Part shown: positions 63,175 to 64,000 of the stretch, in pieces
Numbering within the stretch: the stretch's first letter is position 1
How the letters are laid out: every line of letters starts with the position of its first letter
Notes under the pieces: generated by a model
The model's input: only the letters and a program-made list of their open reading frames with translations
Database searches by the model: none
Told to the model about the DNA's origin: nothing
Assembly: GCA_002311345.1 (NCBI GenBank)
Contig: DCAA01000023.1
Coordinates: 59,494 to 123,493 of the forward strand
Reading direction: 5' to 3'
From: Planctomycetes bacterium UBA1146
GTDB lineage: Bacteria > Planctomycetota > UBA8108 > UBA1146
DNA length: 64,000 nucleotides
Made by a program: the position numbers and the translations under genes

Positions 63175-64000
63175 TTGTGCCCTCTTGCTTCATGGCATGA
63201 CCCCAGAGCGTGCCATGTATTTGTCCTGGCGCTGCTCATATTTATGACCCTGAACGGAGTCTGTTCCGCACAGGATCCTGTGCGTCCCGATGCCGTGGTT
63301 CTGGAACAAGTCCACTTCCTGCTGTTTGGACGTGAGCGACAGGAGATAGGGGAGGTGCAACTCCTCGAGGAACAGTATCGGATTCAACTGTTCGATGTAG
63401 GAATCTCCACCTACTACACCGTTGCCATCGCCAGAGACGATCTACTCTCGATCACTTCGATCTCAGCGGAACGTACCGTTCAAGTTTTGAAGGAGCGAGC
63501 CAGGCTCATCGCCGCCCGAGCAGTGTTGAGGGAGCAGCGGCGCAAAGAGCGGCGTGACAGGGCTGTCGCCGTGGGATCGAATGATGCTCGCAGTCGTCGT
63601 GGAGAAGGTCTGGACGTCCCCTCCGGGTCCAGCACTCCCTCCTCGTCTTCTCGGGTTCTTGCTCCGCTCAACCAGCCATTCTCTACCAGTAGTTCGCTGG
63701 AGGAGGGGATGGGTCTGCTCCAGCGATTACATCAGGTTTGCGAGGAACTTGTGCTCAGATCTGCGGATCTGTTGCAAGTCGGTCTTGAATGCAAGGAGTC
63801 GCTGCGTTCGTGGAGATCTGCAAGCGATGGAAATAGTCGTCTTTTCTTGAATCTGAGAGAGGAGAGTTTCTCCCTGGTCGAGCAGACCGAATCGATTTCC
63901 GATCGAATTCGAGCCCGCATGAAAGAGATCGATTGGACGGTTACCCAGATCAAGGATAAAGAACTGCGACCCCGTGATCTCCCTGAACTCGCCGATAGAA
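63175..64000 (+). CDS. Hypothetical secreted protein (3' end outside window)
   Basis: One frame is open from about 63112 to the window end. It encodes a signal-peptide-like VFVLALLIFMTLNGVCSAQDP and then charged helical sequence. The start is TTG 63175 or GTG 63166, after GGAAGGAA. Confidence 0.45.
   Translation, partial: MCPLASWHDPRACHVFVLALLIFMTLNGVCSAQDPVRPDAVVLEQVHFLLFGRERQEIGEVQLLEEQYRIQLFDVGISTYYTVAIARDDLLSITSISAERTVQVLKERARLIAARAVLREQRRKERRDRAVAVGSNDARSRRGEGLDVPSGSSTPSSSSRVLAPLNQPFSTSSSLEEGMGLLQRLHQVCEELVLRSADLLQVGLECKESLRSWRSASDGNSRLFLNLREESFSLVEQTESISDRIRARMKEIDWTVTQIKDKELRPRDLPELADR

Noticed and set aside
1-64000. Global reassignment of TGA (code 4/25-like) as an explanation for the in-frame TGAs at 33136, 34850 and 34874.
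   Set aside because: Both genes whose stop codon I checked, secA and metK, terminate at TGA exactly where their families end. TGA is therefore a normal stop here, and any decoding must be local.

Overview
Dense 64-kb chromosomal window from a moderately GC-rich Gram-negative bacterium. LPS/Kdo genes waaA, kdsB and an msbA-like gene are present. The repertoire of dockerin-like, NHL, BatA/vWA and FHA/Ser-Thr-kinase proteins resembles Planctomycetota-like marine lineages, but that taxon guess is inference only. I support about 51 protein-coding genes. I recognised no rRNA, tRNA, CRISPR array, transposase or integrase. Housekeeping genes: secA (3' part), waaA, metK, asnS, nadD, ald, a polyprenyl synthase, moaC, folD, mutL, aroF, an M16 peptidase pair, a DAACS transporter, efp, mutY, aroC, queC, kdsB, pyrG, metG, mobA, an RluA-family synthase, moeA and cutA. 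Many neighbours overlap by 4 nt (ATGA/GTGA/TTGA), so operons are long and translationally coupled. Main second-look items: (1) Five tandem secreted proteins at 5.8-13.8 kb, plus a sixth copy at 30.8 kb, combine repeated cohesin-like modules with one shared Cys-containing dockerin-like C-terminal module and have no catalytic domains. This looks like a self-contained surface assembly system. (2) An AhpD/CMD-family gene has an in-frame TGA exactly at the second redox Cys (C-H-Y-TGA) and a downstream stem-loop, so it is a probable selenoprotein. (3) About 1.7 kb downstream, two same-frame ORFs are separated by 57 nt holding two in-frame TGAs, each followed at 12-13 nt by a perfect hairpin. (4) A 1362-aa protein has the order FHA, TM, metzincin-like HExxHxxGxxHD, CBM-like domain. 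(5) A divergently encoded FHA Ser/Thr kinase has its catalytic loop and DFG motif separated by about 415 aa, and the insert resembles a degenerate STAND/AAA_16 module. (6) Two unrelated inner-membrane transporters each carry a 110-140-aa insertion in the first periplasmic loop. All domain calls come from reading the translations against remembered family signatures. No HMM or BLAST search was run. Start codons are often uncertain, whereas stop codons are reliable.
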